A DNA stretch of 64,000 bases, from positions 1,364,001 through 1,428,000 of the forward strand of contig NC_043007.1 in assembly GCF_006345805.1 (NCBI RefSeq). The letters run 5' to 3'. The stretch's first letter is position 1, and each line of letters begins with the position of its first letter. The DNA comes from Octopus sinensis. Its lineage: Eukaryota. The notes beneath the pieces are model-generated. The model did not search any database, was not told where the DNA came from, and saw nothing but the letters and a program-made list of their open reading frames with translations. The position numbers and the translations under genes are program-made. Below, in pieces: positions 24,198-37,154 of this stretch.

Positions 24198-24970
24198 ATC
24201 AATAATAAAGGGTGAAACTAATTAATTTAGAAATAATCATCAATTTCACCAAGTAGAGTTCGGCATGTAAAAGCCCCATTCAAGGAAGGTTTAAGTAACA
24301 CTAAGTAATTAAGGGTTTAGCAACGATTTGCCTCACCACACACCAAATTTAGAAATAGCAGTCACAAAGTTTTGGCTATTCTTTCTACTTAAAAGGGAGA
24401 TCCCAGTAAAACCAAAGCACTTAAAAAAGCAAATGACGCAGGCAAAAGAGAAAGAAATGACGAAAATCATTCTATATTAAGTCACCTACGGATGCACGTT
24501 TCGGAATTAAGTCATTGCAGAGCATAAAAATTAAATAATTATGTCTTACCTGACTATTTTCCTCCTCAGCGTAGGACTCTTCAATTATAAATAATTGCGT
24601 CTCAATTATTAATAATTGTGTATTAAATTTGAAGGCACTAGAAGACATCACCTCAACTCATGGTATCAGAGCGAGCGTAAGTCATTACCAGTACCGCCAA
24701 ATTCAAAGGGTGAATGAAAGTATGTCACCATCCCCCTTCCGCCAGTGTGCTGCCAAAATAAGATGATACAGTTTTTTTACTGGGATGAAATACAATTATC
24801 AATAATAAAGGGTGAAACTAATTAATTTAGAAATAATCATTAAGTTCACCAAGTAGAGTTAAGTGCTTTGGTTTTACTGGGATCTCCCTTTTAAGTAGAA
24901 AGAATAGCCAAAACCTTTTGACTGCTATTTCTAAATTCGGTGTGTGGTGAGGCAAATCGTTGCTAAACCC
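24198..24970 (-). mobile_element. Non-coding PLE-like element with direct and inverted repeats and a hammerhead
   Basis: Direct repeat 24198-24260 / 24798-24860; 112-bp inverted repeat 24313-24424 / 24859-24970; (TA)n on both flanks; hammerhead at 24485-24575. Confidence 0.7.
24485..24575 (-). ncRNA. Type I hammerhead ribozyme with long helix II, probably inactivated
   Basis: Minus strand: CCTACG-CTGAGGA-GGAA..AGTCA..(CATAA..TTATG)..TGACT..TTCC-GAAAC-GTGC-ATC-CGTAGG. Helix I is a perfect 6 bp, but helix III has a C/A mismatch. Confidence 0.72.
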
Positions 24971-25020
24971 TATATGTATATATAATCTATATATATATAT
25001 ATATATTATTATATAGAAGG

Positions 25021-25071
25021 AGCTTCTACAGGACTAGTACTGTTTCATTCAAGAGAAATCTTCAGGAAGCT
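25021..25071 (-). ncRNA. Type I hammerhead motif in the sense pseudo-LTR
   Basis: Reverse complement of 29861-29911: AGCTTC-CTGAAGA-TTTCTCTTGAAT-GAAACAG-TACTAGTC-CTGTA-GAAGCT. Confidence 0.72.
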
Positions 25072-25388
25072 ATTTAACAAGAATTGTATTAGCATTTATA
25101 CATTTAGGCAGGTTTAAAGGAGTGGTGGTGGGGGACTTTTTTGGGGTAGGCATAGCGCAAATATCATACTTGGGGGTGGTCAAGGAGTCAGTGGTAAGTT
25201 AGATGAAAGAATAGATAAATAAAAATAAAAAAAAAAAAAAAAAAAAAATATAAATATAAAAAAAAAAAAAAAAGAAAAATAAAAAATAAAAAAATAAAAA
25301 AATAAAATGTGTGCACATACATACATAAACACATATACATACACACACATACGTACACATGTGTGCCTATACATACCTACACATACAC

Positions 25389-25435
<47 letters not shown>

Positions 25436-25724
25436 ATCAAATACAGGCCCATTCCCTAATTTTAATTTTATTATCTTCATTTATTACTTTTGTTATCTTT
25501 GATCGCTAGGGCTAAGGATCCTGGCGATGGCAGCATGTCCAATTGTCTGTCTACTAGAAGGCAAGTACTCGGTCCCGCACGCACACTCATTAGCACGTAC
25601 ATACACCCATTCGTACACTCATACACATACACGTACGCACGCGTTATATTCATACATACAAACATCTACATACGTTCACGTATATACACATACGTACTCG
25701 TACCTACAGATTCATGTCTACACT

Positions 25725-25763
25725 TTAGGAGGCTAGTCTATATATATACACCGATAAATATAC

Positions 25764-25795
<32 letters not shown>

Positions 25796-25906
25796 GTACA
25801 CATATACACATACACACACACACACACATATATATACTCCTACATACAGATACATACCCATATATATATACATATACACACAATACATATATATATATAT
25901 ATATAT

Positions 25907-25937
<31 letters not shown>

Positions 25938-26178
25938 CATAAATATACATACATACACACACACACATATATACACACACATACATACACATATATATAC
26001 ATACACAGACATATATACACACATATATATATATACATATATACACACATACATACACACACCTACATACATATACACAAAACACATACATACGTAAACA
26101 TACATACATACATCCATACATCCATACTTACATGCATTTATACGCATACATACACCCCCATCTATATATATATATATT

Positions 26179-26209
<31 letters not shown>

Positions 26210-26705
26210 CACACTCACACATACATATACAAATATACGCCCACACTACATACATACACGTATACGCATACACGCACATACACATATACATGCGTACCCA
26301 TACACGTGCACACACGCACATGCATCCATATATATACAACACACCACACACATATACACGTGTGCAAGCATACATACATACTCATACACGCACACATACT
26401 TACATATACATATATGCACACACTTACACACATATATACATACACATATACATGCATACATACATAATGCATACATACACATACACGCACATACACATAT
26501 ACACATGCGTACCCATACACGTGCACGCACGCACGGCATCCATATATATACACCACACACATATATATACACGTGTGCAAGCATACATACATACTCATAC
26601 ACGCGCACATACTTACATATACATATATGCACACACTTAACACATATATACATACACATATACATGCATACATACATATATGCATACATACACACACGCG
26701 CACTC

Positions 26706-26744
<39 letters not shown>

Positions 26745-26840
26745 CATACACATATATATATATATACCTATATATACACAAACATATATATACACATATA
26801 CACATACACATACAGCACACCTACACACACATACACATAC

Positions 26841-26871
<31 letters not shown>

Positions 26872-26980
26872 CACATATATACACATATACACATACATAT
26901 ATACACACATACATACATATACATACACACACATACATACATACACGGATACACATACCCATAATATATATATATATATA

Positions 26981-27013
<33 letters not shown>

Positions 27014-27992
27014 GTATACACATGCATATACTTATATCTCTACATACTCACATATAAACATATATATTATATACACACACACATACATATATATACATGT
27101 ACACACACATACACATATACATACATATATACACATACACACATACATATATATATATATATACACATACATATATATATACATACCTAATACATACATA
27201 TATATACATATACATATACCCCCACATATATACATATATATACACACATATACACCACACACACACACATACATATACACATATACATGTATACATACGC
27301 AATAATGATACACATATATATACACATACACACACCACAGACAGATGCATATACATACATATATATATATATAAATTACATATCTATATAAATACATACA
27401 TAATACACATATACACACACATATATACATACATATACATACACATATATATACATATATATATATACATATATATACATACATATACATATATATACAC
27501 ACATACATACACATGCACATACATATACAAATATACATACACATACATACACACACACGCGCGCACATACATATACACACACACATGTACAAATACATAC
27601 ATACACACATACACACACACACATATATATACATACATGTACACATATACATACATATATATATCAACAAGGGAGGGTGAAGTTAATTAGTTATTAATCA
27701 AATTCACCAAGAATTCAGTATGTAAAGGGACCCTTATTATTTTGAGTAAACAATGTTAGAGGGAAAAAAATTCTCTAAGTAGTGGAAGAGGCTAAAAACC
27801 TTTATTGGCTGCTATTTCTAGAAAGTTTAGTATGTGGCAAAGTAATTTATTTTATTTTACTAAGCCCTAATTATATAATATTTTATACATACATACACAT
27901 ACAAAAACACATACATTTACACGTATATACACATATACATACAAACACATATACATATATACACACACACACACACATACATACATACAAGC

Positions 27993-28023
<31 letters not shown>

Positions 28024-28160
28024 CATATATGCAAACATATATACATATATATATTTTTTTACATGCATACATACACCCACACACACATAATACATGCGTA
28101 TATTCCTACTGTACCCATGCATTTCTATACATATATACATACATACGATACACATATACA
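25725..28160. repeat. Compound (TA)/(CA) low-complexity tract with an internal ~215-bp duplication (about 26266-26480 / 26481-26695)
   Basis: Direct inspection. Confidence 0.9.
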
Positions 28161-28263
28161 AGCGTGCACATACAATATGTGAAAGGTCTTAGGAGAAAAG
28201 GTAATCGGGGGTGCTAGGGGAACAGTGGGGTTGGGGGGGGTTGTAGGGGGGGGGGGGTTGTCA

Positions 28264-29700
28264 TCAATCAGGTTGCCGGGTAGGTCTATAGTTCTTATAG
28301 TTCGCATACTTCTTATGCATGCAATTTGGGGAGTGTTCTGAAAATTTGTTAAGGAGAGGGCCTTTGGCGAACAAGATCTCTAGGCTCTCTGATATGCATA
28401 GGTCACAGCAGGTATGTCCTCCTGTGTACGAGCGCGCCTTCTGTAGTAGTTTCCACTTGGTCTTGAAGGGGATAGAGTTCCTTTTAAGGTACCAGATGTG
28501 GGCGGCGAGGGTAGTTTGGTTGGATTTATCCTGTCGCCGGAACGAGTGTGTATGTGCGTACCAGCGGGTCTTAAAGCTGTTTGACGTCATTCCAATGTAG
28601 GATTTACATTTATCGTCAAGGCCTGATCTTACCTCGCATTTATATACTAGGTCCCTCTGTAGGCAGTTGTTGTTGAGGGGGCAGGTGGTTTTATCATGGC
28701 AGTTGCAACTGCTATCGGACGTTGGATGGGCCCCGGAGAAAGTAGATATGTTAAGTTTTTTCACATTGTTGTTGGCTAGGTTCCTGGCTAGATTGGGCGT
28801 GGTAGAGTAGGAGAGTCTAATAGTGTTCTTATTCAGGATAGTGTAGTACTTATGTTGGGTGGGGAAGTGTTTCTGTAGGAGAGTGAAAAAGATCTTAGCT
28901 ACAGGTGTAGCGACCTCACGGTTGAAGGGGGGGTTGTACCAGCTAATGTGTCTTCGTCTATTTTTCCTGGGTTGGCGTGGGGCTATACTAGTATAGGTAA
29001 TCTTATCTTTAAAACCACTGCGGGCCAGGGCCTCGTTGTAATAGGGGGCTGCGGCTTTAAAGATATCTTCCGTGGCGGACAGGCTAGAGATTCTAATTGA
29101 GACACTTTTTACTAGGTTATCTAATATATTTTTGGGGTGGTTGGAATTGATATCTATATATCTAAGGGATTCATTTGGTTTGTGGTACGGGTAATAAAGT
29201 GAGGTTTTTAAGTCGAGGGTGACATCGAGGAAGTTAGCCTTTGTTAAGTTGGATTCTAGGGTAATCCTAAGGCCTAAGTTTTTAAAGAAGGTGTGAAGGT
29301 TTTTCCGGAACCCATCCGTGGTCCTGGGGTTTATATTGTGGAGGGCGAAAAGGCCGTCATCTCGGTAAAGACCACCGGAGAGGCCTGTGAATAGGGTTTT
29401 CAGCCTATGGAGGATGAAAAGGCCCACTAGGTCACTTATTTCAGCAGAGTCGTTAGCACCCATGCTGACGTCGAAGGGGGTCATAGATTTTTTGTTGATC
29501 CAGTGGGATCCGTCATAGAAAAGAAAAGTCTTACGTGCGTGGAGGATCACATCTTGCTCGGCCTCGGTGATGGTGGAGGACCTCCTGGCGAAGTTAATCG
29601 CATCGATCAGCAAGCTCTCCGATATAGAGGCGTAGTAATCCTCGATATCCAGTTGTAGGAATCGGGTGTTGCTTTTATCTGGTAAATCCCGGAACCAGGG
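28264..29700 (-). CDS. PLE reverse transcriptase (from motif A) plus GIY-YIG endonuclease, stop-free for 478 codons, 5'-truncated
   Basis: PWF...FLQLDIEDYYASISE, MGANDSAEISDLVG, GGLYRDDGL, NFLDVTLDL, WYNPPF, CNCHDKTTCPLNNNCL, LVYKC..SYIGMTSNSFKTRWYAH, CDLCISE. Confidence 0.93.
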   Translation of the reverse strand, partial: PWFRDLPDKSNTRFLQLDIEDYYASISESLLIDAINFARRSSTITEAEQDVILHARKTFLFYDGSHWINKKSMTPFDVSMGANDSAEISDLVGLFILHRLKTLFTGLSGGLYRDDGLFALHNINPRTTDGFRKNLHTFFKNLGLRITLESNLTKANFLDVTLDLKTSLYYPYHKPNESLRYIDINSNHPKNILDNLVKSVSIRISSLSATEDIFKAAAPYYNEALARSGFKDKITYTSIAPRQPRKNRRRHISWYNPPFNREVATPVAKIFFTLLQKHFPTQHKYYTILNKNTIRLSYSTTPNLARNLANNNVKKLNISTFSGAHPTSDSSCNCHDKTTCPLNNNCLQRDLVYKCEVRSGLDDKCKSYIGMTSNSFKTRWYAHTHSFRRQDKSNQTTLAAHIWYLKRNSIPFKTKWKLLQKARSYTGGHTCCDLCISESLEILFAKGPLLNKFSEHSPNCMHKKYANYKNYRPTRQPD

Positions 29701-29860
29701 ATTTTTTATTTATCTATTCTTTCATCTAACTTACCACTGACTCCTTGACCACTCCCCCAAGTATGATATTTTGCGCTATGCCTACCCCCAAAAAAGTCCC
29801 CCACCACCACTCCTTTAAACCTGCCTAAATGTATAAATGCTAATACAATTCTTGTTAAAT

Positions 29861-29911
29861 AGCTTCCTGAAGATTTCTCTTGAATGAAACAGTACTAGTC
29901 CTGTAGAAGCT
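29861..29911 (+). ncRNA. Type I hammerhead motif in the inverted pseudo-LTR
   Basis: Helix I AGCTTC/GAAGCT; CTGAAGA at 29867-73; GAAA at 29886-89; helix III ACAG/CTGT with a loop containing palindrome ACTAGT; GUA site at 29903-05; helix II 3 bp with a U.U closing pair. Confidence 0.72.
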
Positions 29912-29994
29912 CCTTCTATATAATAAATTAATTTTACTCTGCTATGTATTGAGTACCTTACTTACTGTGGTTAACCCCGGATCAACCCGGGACC

Positions 29995-30029
<35 letters not shown>

Positions 30030-31719
30030 ACCATGAACTAACAACATATCTACTTTGTGTATGTGTGTTCAATTTTATATATTTATATATGCTCACAAAC
30101 GTGTGTGTGTGTGTATGTTTACTTATATATATCACTAAAGGATGTAAACACCTTAACAAAATTAATAAATGAATGAATACATTAATAAATATTAAAAAGG
30201 AACCCTTGTGATATTTGTTCTGCACCAAATTACAGACACTCCCTTGCCACTTTTCACCATCAATAACGCAGTGAATTACTGGTTGGCTTTCTGAAAAACC
30301 TGTGACTATCGTTGCTGTTGTTCATCGATTGCGAAGGATGTTTTATATCAAAGCTGCAGCGTAAAATGAACAAAAAACAATTCATTTTGTGCATTTAGGG
30401 TGTTTATAAACAAATACGGAATTGCTGAGTTTTTTTGATTAAGTTCCTGTATATTTTATGAAAGAAACTCAGGTATAACTGCCACTTCAGTTGATGGAAA
30501 AAAATAATTACTTTTTATGTTGAAAACCGTAATATGTACTTTTGTTCGTGTAAGTTCGAAAAATTTTCAGCATCAAGTGAAAGCATCCAATACGGAAAAT
30601 AAATTCCAAATTACAAACAACACAGGATGAGGAATTGAATTTTTTTTTTTTACATTTATTAATAATGCTTCATCTGTTGTTACTCTTGTAGAAAACTAGG
30701 ATCACGCTCGTGATTTCAATCAGTTTTCAGATGAATTTGCTACAGGTGTGTCCAGATCTATTGTTCTTGATCTAAACAGCCTCAATAACCGATCGTAGCT
30801 TTAACTGTAGAAATATCGAATTTATAATATTGTAGTTTTTGATGTTTTGAGATTGAAAATATCTCACCGAATTAATAGCATTTTATCGTGTTTCACAGTT
30901 GTTCATTTCGATATTTTTGATGCGTTGTGAAAACGTTAGTATGTCTTTAATTGTTCAAGCATACATGGAAATTTAATTTGCAAATTTAAGACCAGAAATA
31001 GAGTGTATTGGTTCTCGTTTAAATCAATCGTTAACTCTGGACTTATTATTTTCACTTTAATGCATTCTGAACAGGGTTTTCATTTCATCCATTCTCATAC
31101 TGTATCATCTTGCCTCGCAGCTATTTTGATTGTATCCTTTTTGTATTTGGTTTTTTATTCTTGTAGTTTTTGCTTTATTGTTTGTTACAAAAATAATAAA
31201 AAAGAAAAAATAGAAATTGATGTCTGTATCGTTAGGAGTAAAATCAAAATGTTTTCTCTTGAACTTATATCAAATATCTTGAGTGAATTGCTTGCTTGAA
31301 ATTGCTGCGGCAATTCAGCATTTGCAAACTTGTGCATTATCACACCTTTATACACGTGTGCATGCACAGACACACATACACACACACTCATACAGAGGCA
31401 GCAAATGTACATTCATCCATCCATACATCCATATGCACTCAAATACATAAATATCTATAGCTGTATATATGTGCATATATATATGTGTGTGTGTATATAT
31501 GTATATATATGTATGAATATATATGTATATATATGTATGAATATATATGTATATATATGTATGCATATATATGTATGTATATATATATGTATGTATATGT
31601 ATGTATATATATATATATATGTATGTATATGCATATATATGTATGTATATATATATATGTATATGTATATACATGTATGTATATATACATGTATATATAT
31701 ATGTGTGTGTATATATATG

Positions 31720-31764
<45 letters not shown>

Positions 31765-34622
31765 ATGTATTATGTCCAACCTATGCTAGCATGGAAAGCG
31801 GACGTTAAACGATGATGATGATGATGATGATATATATATATATATATATATATCAGAAGGGCACTGTTTAAGTTCCTGGAATAGGCTGTGTGTTATATCC
31901 TTAAGCAAGTCACTTCCTTTCATTTTGCCATAGTCTACCCAGTCAAAAATAAGTAGCCGCTGTGCACCAGCTTGGCCTTTCTCCTTCCAGCCATCACATA
32001 TGCTGGATGTTCCGCTAGGTCAAAGATTCAAGGGCCAAAGGTGATGTCTACACCCACGCACGCCTATGTAAGCATCGAAAATAATTAGTAAAACAAAGGT
32101 ACTTTCTGACATCTGATACTTGCTTGCAAGTTACAGCTGTGTACGCTTTCATAAGATATTGAAAAAAGACAATGAATAAAGATCAGTGTAAAGGGCTTAA
32201 GAGGTCAATGTTACCGTTTCTGCTTCCAGGAGAAGCTAAGGCTTAAAATTGTTCATTTACCGAAATCCTTCAGTTCCTGGTTCGTTGTTGTGTCATATCC
32301 GTCATTTACTCATTGCTACAAACTGACTTGTATTAACAAAACAAACATTGGAATATGATAAATTACTTTTATCTCTGTCGGAACAAACAAATATTATCCT
32401 CTCATTAATATCATCACTCGTAACATTAGTGATTCGTTGTCATTAATCATTTTAATTTATACGGGAAGCGTTGATACCTTCTGTCATTTGTAATGTGTGT
32501 GTGTGTATCTATACACTCATATAATATATATATGCATACACATCTATCTCTCTTTATATATATATATATATATCTACTCTGGGCCTCTCGGAGTCAATGA
32601 CCAAGATGTTTGGCAATATGTTATGCTTGAGGAGAAAACCCATCAAGCAGAGCAAATTTGCTGTCATGGCAGATACTGTGACACACAGACATCCAAATGA
32701 CACCTGTGCCAGTGGCACGTAAAAGCACCTACTACTCTCTCGGAAAGATTCATGTTAAGAAGGGCGCCCAGCCATAGAAACCATACCAAATCAGACTGGA
32801 GTCTAGTGCTGCCTTCCAGCTTGCCAGCTCTGGTCAAACTGTCCAACCCATGCCAGCATGGACAATGGACGTTAAATAATGATGATGATGATGATATATA
32901 TATATATCTTTTATCTTGTTTCAGTCATTAGATTGTGGCCATGCTGGAACACTGCCTTTAGGAATTTTTAGTAGAACTCAATGACCTCAGTAATTATTTT
33001 CTTTTTATGCTTGGCACTCATTCTATCAGTTCTTTTGCTGAACTGCTAAGTTACAGGGACATAAACACACCGACACCGGTTGTCAAGCAGTGGTACAGGA
33101 CAAGCACAAACACTCACACACACACACACCATGAGCTTCTTTCAGTTTCCATCTACCAAATCCAGTCACAGCTGTATTGTTGGGAAGCAAACATCTTAGC
33201 CATGCCTGTGTCTATATATTACTTTTTTTCTGCCCTTTTCAAGCACAGCCAGGCTCATGGGCCTGGTTTCCCGGTTTCTCTGGCGTATGTGTTCCTCCCC
33301 AGCTGGATGGGATGCCAGTACATCGCAGCATTACCCAAGAAATAGGAAGAAAGAGTGAGAGAAAGTTGGGGTGAAAGAGTACAACAGGGGTTGCAACCAC
33401 CCCCTGCCGGAGCCTCATGGTGCTTTCGGTGTTTGCGCTCAATAAACACACACAACGCCCAGTCTGGGAATTGAAACTGCGATCCTCTGACCGTGAGTCC
33501 GCTGCCCTAACCACTGGACCATTGCACCTCCACGTCCATATATTACGTATACATAAATTCATATCTACCCATAAACACATGCATATATACACACACACAT
33601 ATCTAGATGTATATACTCACACATGTATTTATATCATCTTCATCATCGTTATCATCATGATATAAATACACAGATATATATATATACACCACACACACAC
33701 GTGTATGTATAGATATATGTGTGTGTGTATATATATATTTGTTGTTTTTGTTTTTGATTTTAACTGCTTTGTTAATTTGAATGTGTGTGTGCGTATTTTA
33801 GCAGAAAAAAAGACATTTCTTGCTTGTATGGTTTTCCTAGCTGAAATAATTTATCTTTGTATTTCAATCTCGTCGTGAATTAGATTGTGACAAATAGTCT
33901 CAAGTCAGATAACTTAAAGTTAGAAAAAGCAAATATCCGAAAGAAATCAATCATTTGTCACCGTGTTGCCTCCTGATGCAGCGAGTGATTTAATATCCTT
34001 CTTTTAGTTTACGATTCCCTTCCAATTTCGGATTCTCGTGTGTGTTTGACATCTTGAATCCCAAGTTCTTCAATCTTTGTTTGTGAACCACTTGTCATCG
34101 TCGTTTGTTGTACATCTGTCTTTCCTATGTTAGTACAGGTCGGACAAACTGGTATTATTATTCAGGTGTTTGTTGTGCAGCTAGATGCTCTTCCTGTTGA
34201 TGATGATGATGATGATATGGCTGTGTGGTAAGTAGCTTGCTAACCAACCACATGGTTCCGGGTTCAGTCCCACTGCGTGGTATCTTGGGCAAGTGTCTTC
34301 TGCTATAGCCCCGGGCCGACCAATGCCTTGTGAGTGGATTTGGTAGACAGAAACTGAAAGAATCCTGTCGTATATATGTATATATATATATATGTGTGTG
34401 TGTGTGTATATGTTTGTGTGTCTGTGTTTGTCCCCCTAGCATTGCTTGACAACCGATGCTGGTGTGTTTATGTCCCCCGTTACTTAGCAGTTCGGCAAAA
34501 GAGACCGATAGAATAAGTACTGGGCTTACAAAGAATAAGTCCCGGGGTCCATTTGCTCGACTAAAGGCAGTGCTCCAGCATGGCCGCAGTCAAATGGCTG
34601 AAACAAGTAAAAGGGTAAAAGA

Positions 34623-34658
<36 letters not shown>

Positions 34659-34745
34659 TTTATCTTGTTTCAGTCATTAGATTGTGGCCATGCTGGGACA
34701 CTGCCTTGAAGAGTTTTTAGTTGAACTCACTGACCTCAGTATTTC

Positions 34746-34972
34746 TTGGGTTGTCCGGAAAGTTTGTGCCGATTTTTAAAGGAAAGAAAATGGTCAATAA
34801 ATACTTGCCATTTACATTTTTAATCAACCAAGTATGAACCATTTTCTTGCACAATGCATCTCCATCTTTCCTTTAACTTGAAAATACCCTCTTCCCTGAA
34901 TTGAGGTGCTTGGGAGGGTAAGTCGAAAGGTAAGCTACTATAAGTTGGCACAAACTTTTTGGACAACTCAAT
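34746..34972. mobile_element. mariner-type MITE nested in a SINE B fragment
   Basis: TIRs TTGGGTTGTCCGGAAAGTTTGTGCC / GGCACAAACTTTTTGGACAACTCAA; SINE sequence continues on both sides. Confidence 0.7.
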
Positions 34973-35683
34973 ATTTTCTTTTTAGGCTTGGCACTGATTC
35001 TATCTGTCTCTTTTGCTGAACTGCTAAGTTACAGGGACATAAACACACCAACACCGGTTTTCAAGTTAGGGGTTTTTTGTTTTAGCAGCATATTGTCAAT
35101 GTAATTTCACCACTTTTGTGTGAGTGATTTCCTCTGAAGACATTGACGACTGTAAACATTCATATTTAGACACACATATGTAGAGGTATGTACACACACA
35201 CACACATGTTGGGCTTCTATACAGTTTCCAACTGTCAATTCCAGTCCTAAGGTATTGGCCAGTCTGGAACTAGTACAAGACACTTAAATTGTCGTGAAAT
35301 GAGATTGAACTAAAAAATCACACGATTGCACAGCGAACATTTTAACATTTCTGACGTTTCTAAATAAATAAATAGATTCAATTAAGCTTATAATCTTTCA
35401 GATGGATTTCATAATAAACACCTTAATGTCTGTCTACTCGGTTATTACCTGTTGATCAATCAGAAAACATTGACCTCTCGGAACATATTCCAGTAAAAGC
35501 AAATTGATCAGAAAAACTCATCTAATGGATTATACAATTTAATTCTCTCCGAATATCTATGATTCATTCCCCGGATCACTGACCTGGCTGGGTGCTTAAG
35601 AGATTTGTTTTGGAAAGTCATAGTTTCAGGCCCGTTCCTTGTGGGTGCCACCTGTGGGGAATTGTATTTTTCTGTAGCCTTAA

Positions 35684-35905
35684 CCCTTTTGTTACCATAT
35701 TTCTGTTGAGATGGTCTGTGTTTCTTTCAATTAATTTTAAATATAACAAAGAATTTAGTAAAATAACTTAGTTATCATTCAGCTAGTGTTAGGAACATAA
35801 ATTATGGCTAAGGTTTGGTGGAAGATTTTAATTCAGAACTTTTGAAAACAAGACATTTGTACTACAGAGCCAGAGGTAGTTTCAGCCGGGTTGGTAACGA
35901 AAGGG
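35684..35905. mobile_element. piggyBac-like MITE with TTAA target duplication
   Basis: TTAA-CCCTTT..GTTACCA ... TGGTAACGAAAGGG-TTAA. A second copy is at 36058-36278 and a partial copy near 60850-60957. Confidence 0.8.
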
Positions 35906-36282
35906 TTAAACACACCTCTACATTTGGGTAGAAGCACATTAGAAGCAGTTAGAAGGATGTGGATTAAAGGAAATTTAGGCTATTATTTCTAGCATATAGA
36001 GTGACCACATTGAGGTTTCCTTCTCTTATGTCTTCTGCTGATTATTTTTATTCTTAACCCTTTCGTTACCATAATTTCTGTTGAGATGCTCTGTGTTTCT
36101 TTCAATTAATTTTAAAATATAACAAAGAATTTAGTAAAATAACTTAGTTATCATTAAGCTAGTGTTAGGAACATAAATTGTGACTAAGTTTTGGTGGAAG
36201 ATTTTAATTCAGAACTTGTGAAAACCAGACATTTGTACTCAGAGCCAGAGGTAGTTTCGACCAGGTTGGTATTGAAAGCCTT

Positions 36283-36435
36283 GTTCAAATTTTGCTGAGG
36301 TTGACTTTGCCTGTCATCCTTTCGGGGTCGATAAATTAAGTACCAGTTACGCACTGGGGTCGATATAATCGACTTAATCCGTTTGTCCTTGTTTGTCCTC
36401 TCTGTGTTTAGCCCCTTGTGGGTAGTAAAGGAATA
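36283..36435. mobile_element. SINE fragment with a 15-bp target-site duplication
   Basis: GGTATTGAAAGCCTT at both 36268-36282 and 36436-36450. Confidence 0.65.
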
Positions 36436-37154
36436 GGTATTGAAAGCCTTAAGTCAGCCAGAACTTTGTCAGTGAGGTTTGGTAAACAGAGACATTTTGG
36501 AAATCCATTGGAAGCACCACCTCTCTTTTTAGGTGTTATGCTTAAGCTATGGGCTGGCTCAAACTCACCACCGGGCCCTTGCCTGTCTTTTGCATAGTGC
36601 ACTTTGTTGCAAGCATTTGGGCATAATTTTCAATCTGGAAATAAATTTCCTTACTTCATCTCTCCGTTTTCAGAGACCCTGAAAAATTGGTCATGACATC
36701 ACAATTATACAGAAAAAGGAAAAAAAAACAAACAAACGAAACAATAAAAAAAACCCAGAAAAATCTCAATACAAAATTCAATCAGTTGCTTCTCTCTCCA
36801 TTCTACCTTCTCTAATTGCCAACAACTGTTCTTCTGCTTTGAAGTTTCCAACTAAAATCTCTCCTCTCCCTCCATGACCTCCACTTCATGTCCTCTTCAC
36901 TTGTCTACTTCACCTCATTTGACACTGGCAATACACAAGCTAAACAGCTGCCATAAATCTATGTCATCACAACATCTCTGTTCTTTAATCTCTTCTGCAG
37001 ATCTTTTTTTTATCCTGTCTTTTAGCCTTTGTTATTCCAAGACCAACTTCTATTAAGCATGGCTGTGCAGTGTAGAAGTTTACTTCCCAACTTCATGGTT
37101 TCAGGTTCAGTCCCACTCTGTAGCACCTTGGGCAAGTGTCTTCTGTTATATTCA

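Larger units (their letters stand above)
25006..29926 (-). mobile_element. Penelope-like element: inverted pseudo-LTR (29701-29926), truncated ORF, microsatellite-swollen 3' region, pseudo-LTR (25006-25226)
   Basis: Near-identical ~220-bp inverted terminal copies, each containing a hammerhead, flank an RT plus GIY-YIG ORF. That the whole 4.9 kb is one element is inferred from the matching ends. Confidence 0.75.

Noticed and set aside
25725-28161. Many Y/I/H/T- or C/V/M-rich ORFs, including 398 aa (similar ones at 9-10 kb, 21 kb, 31 kb and 48-49 kb)
   Set aside because: Translations of TA/CA microsatellites.
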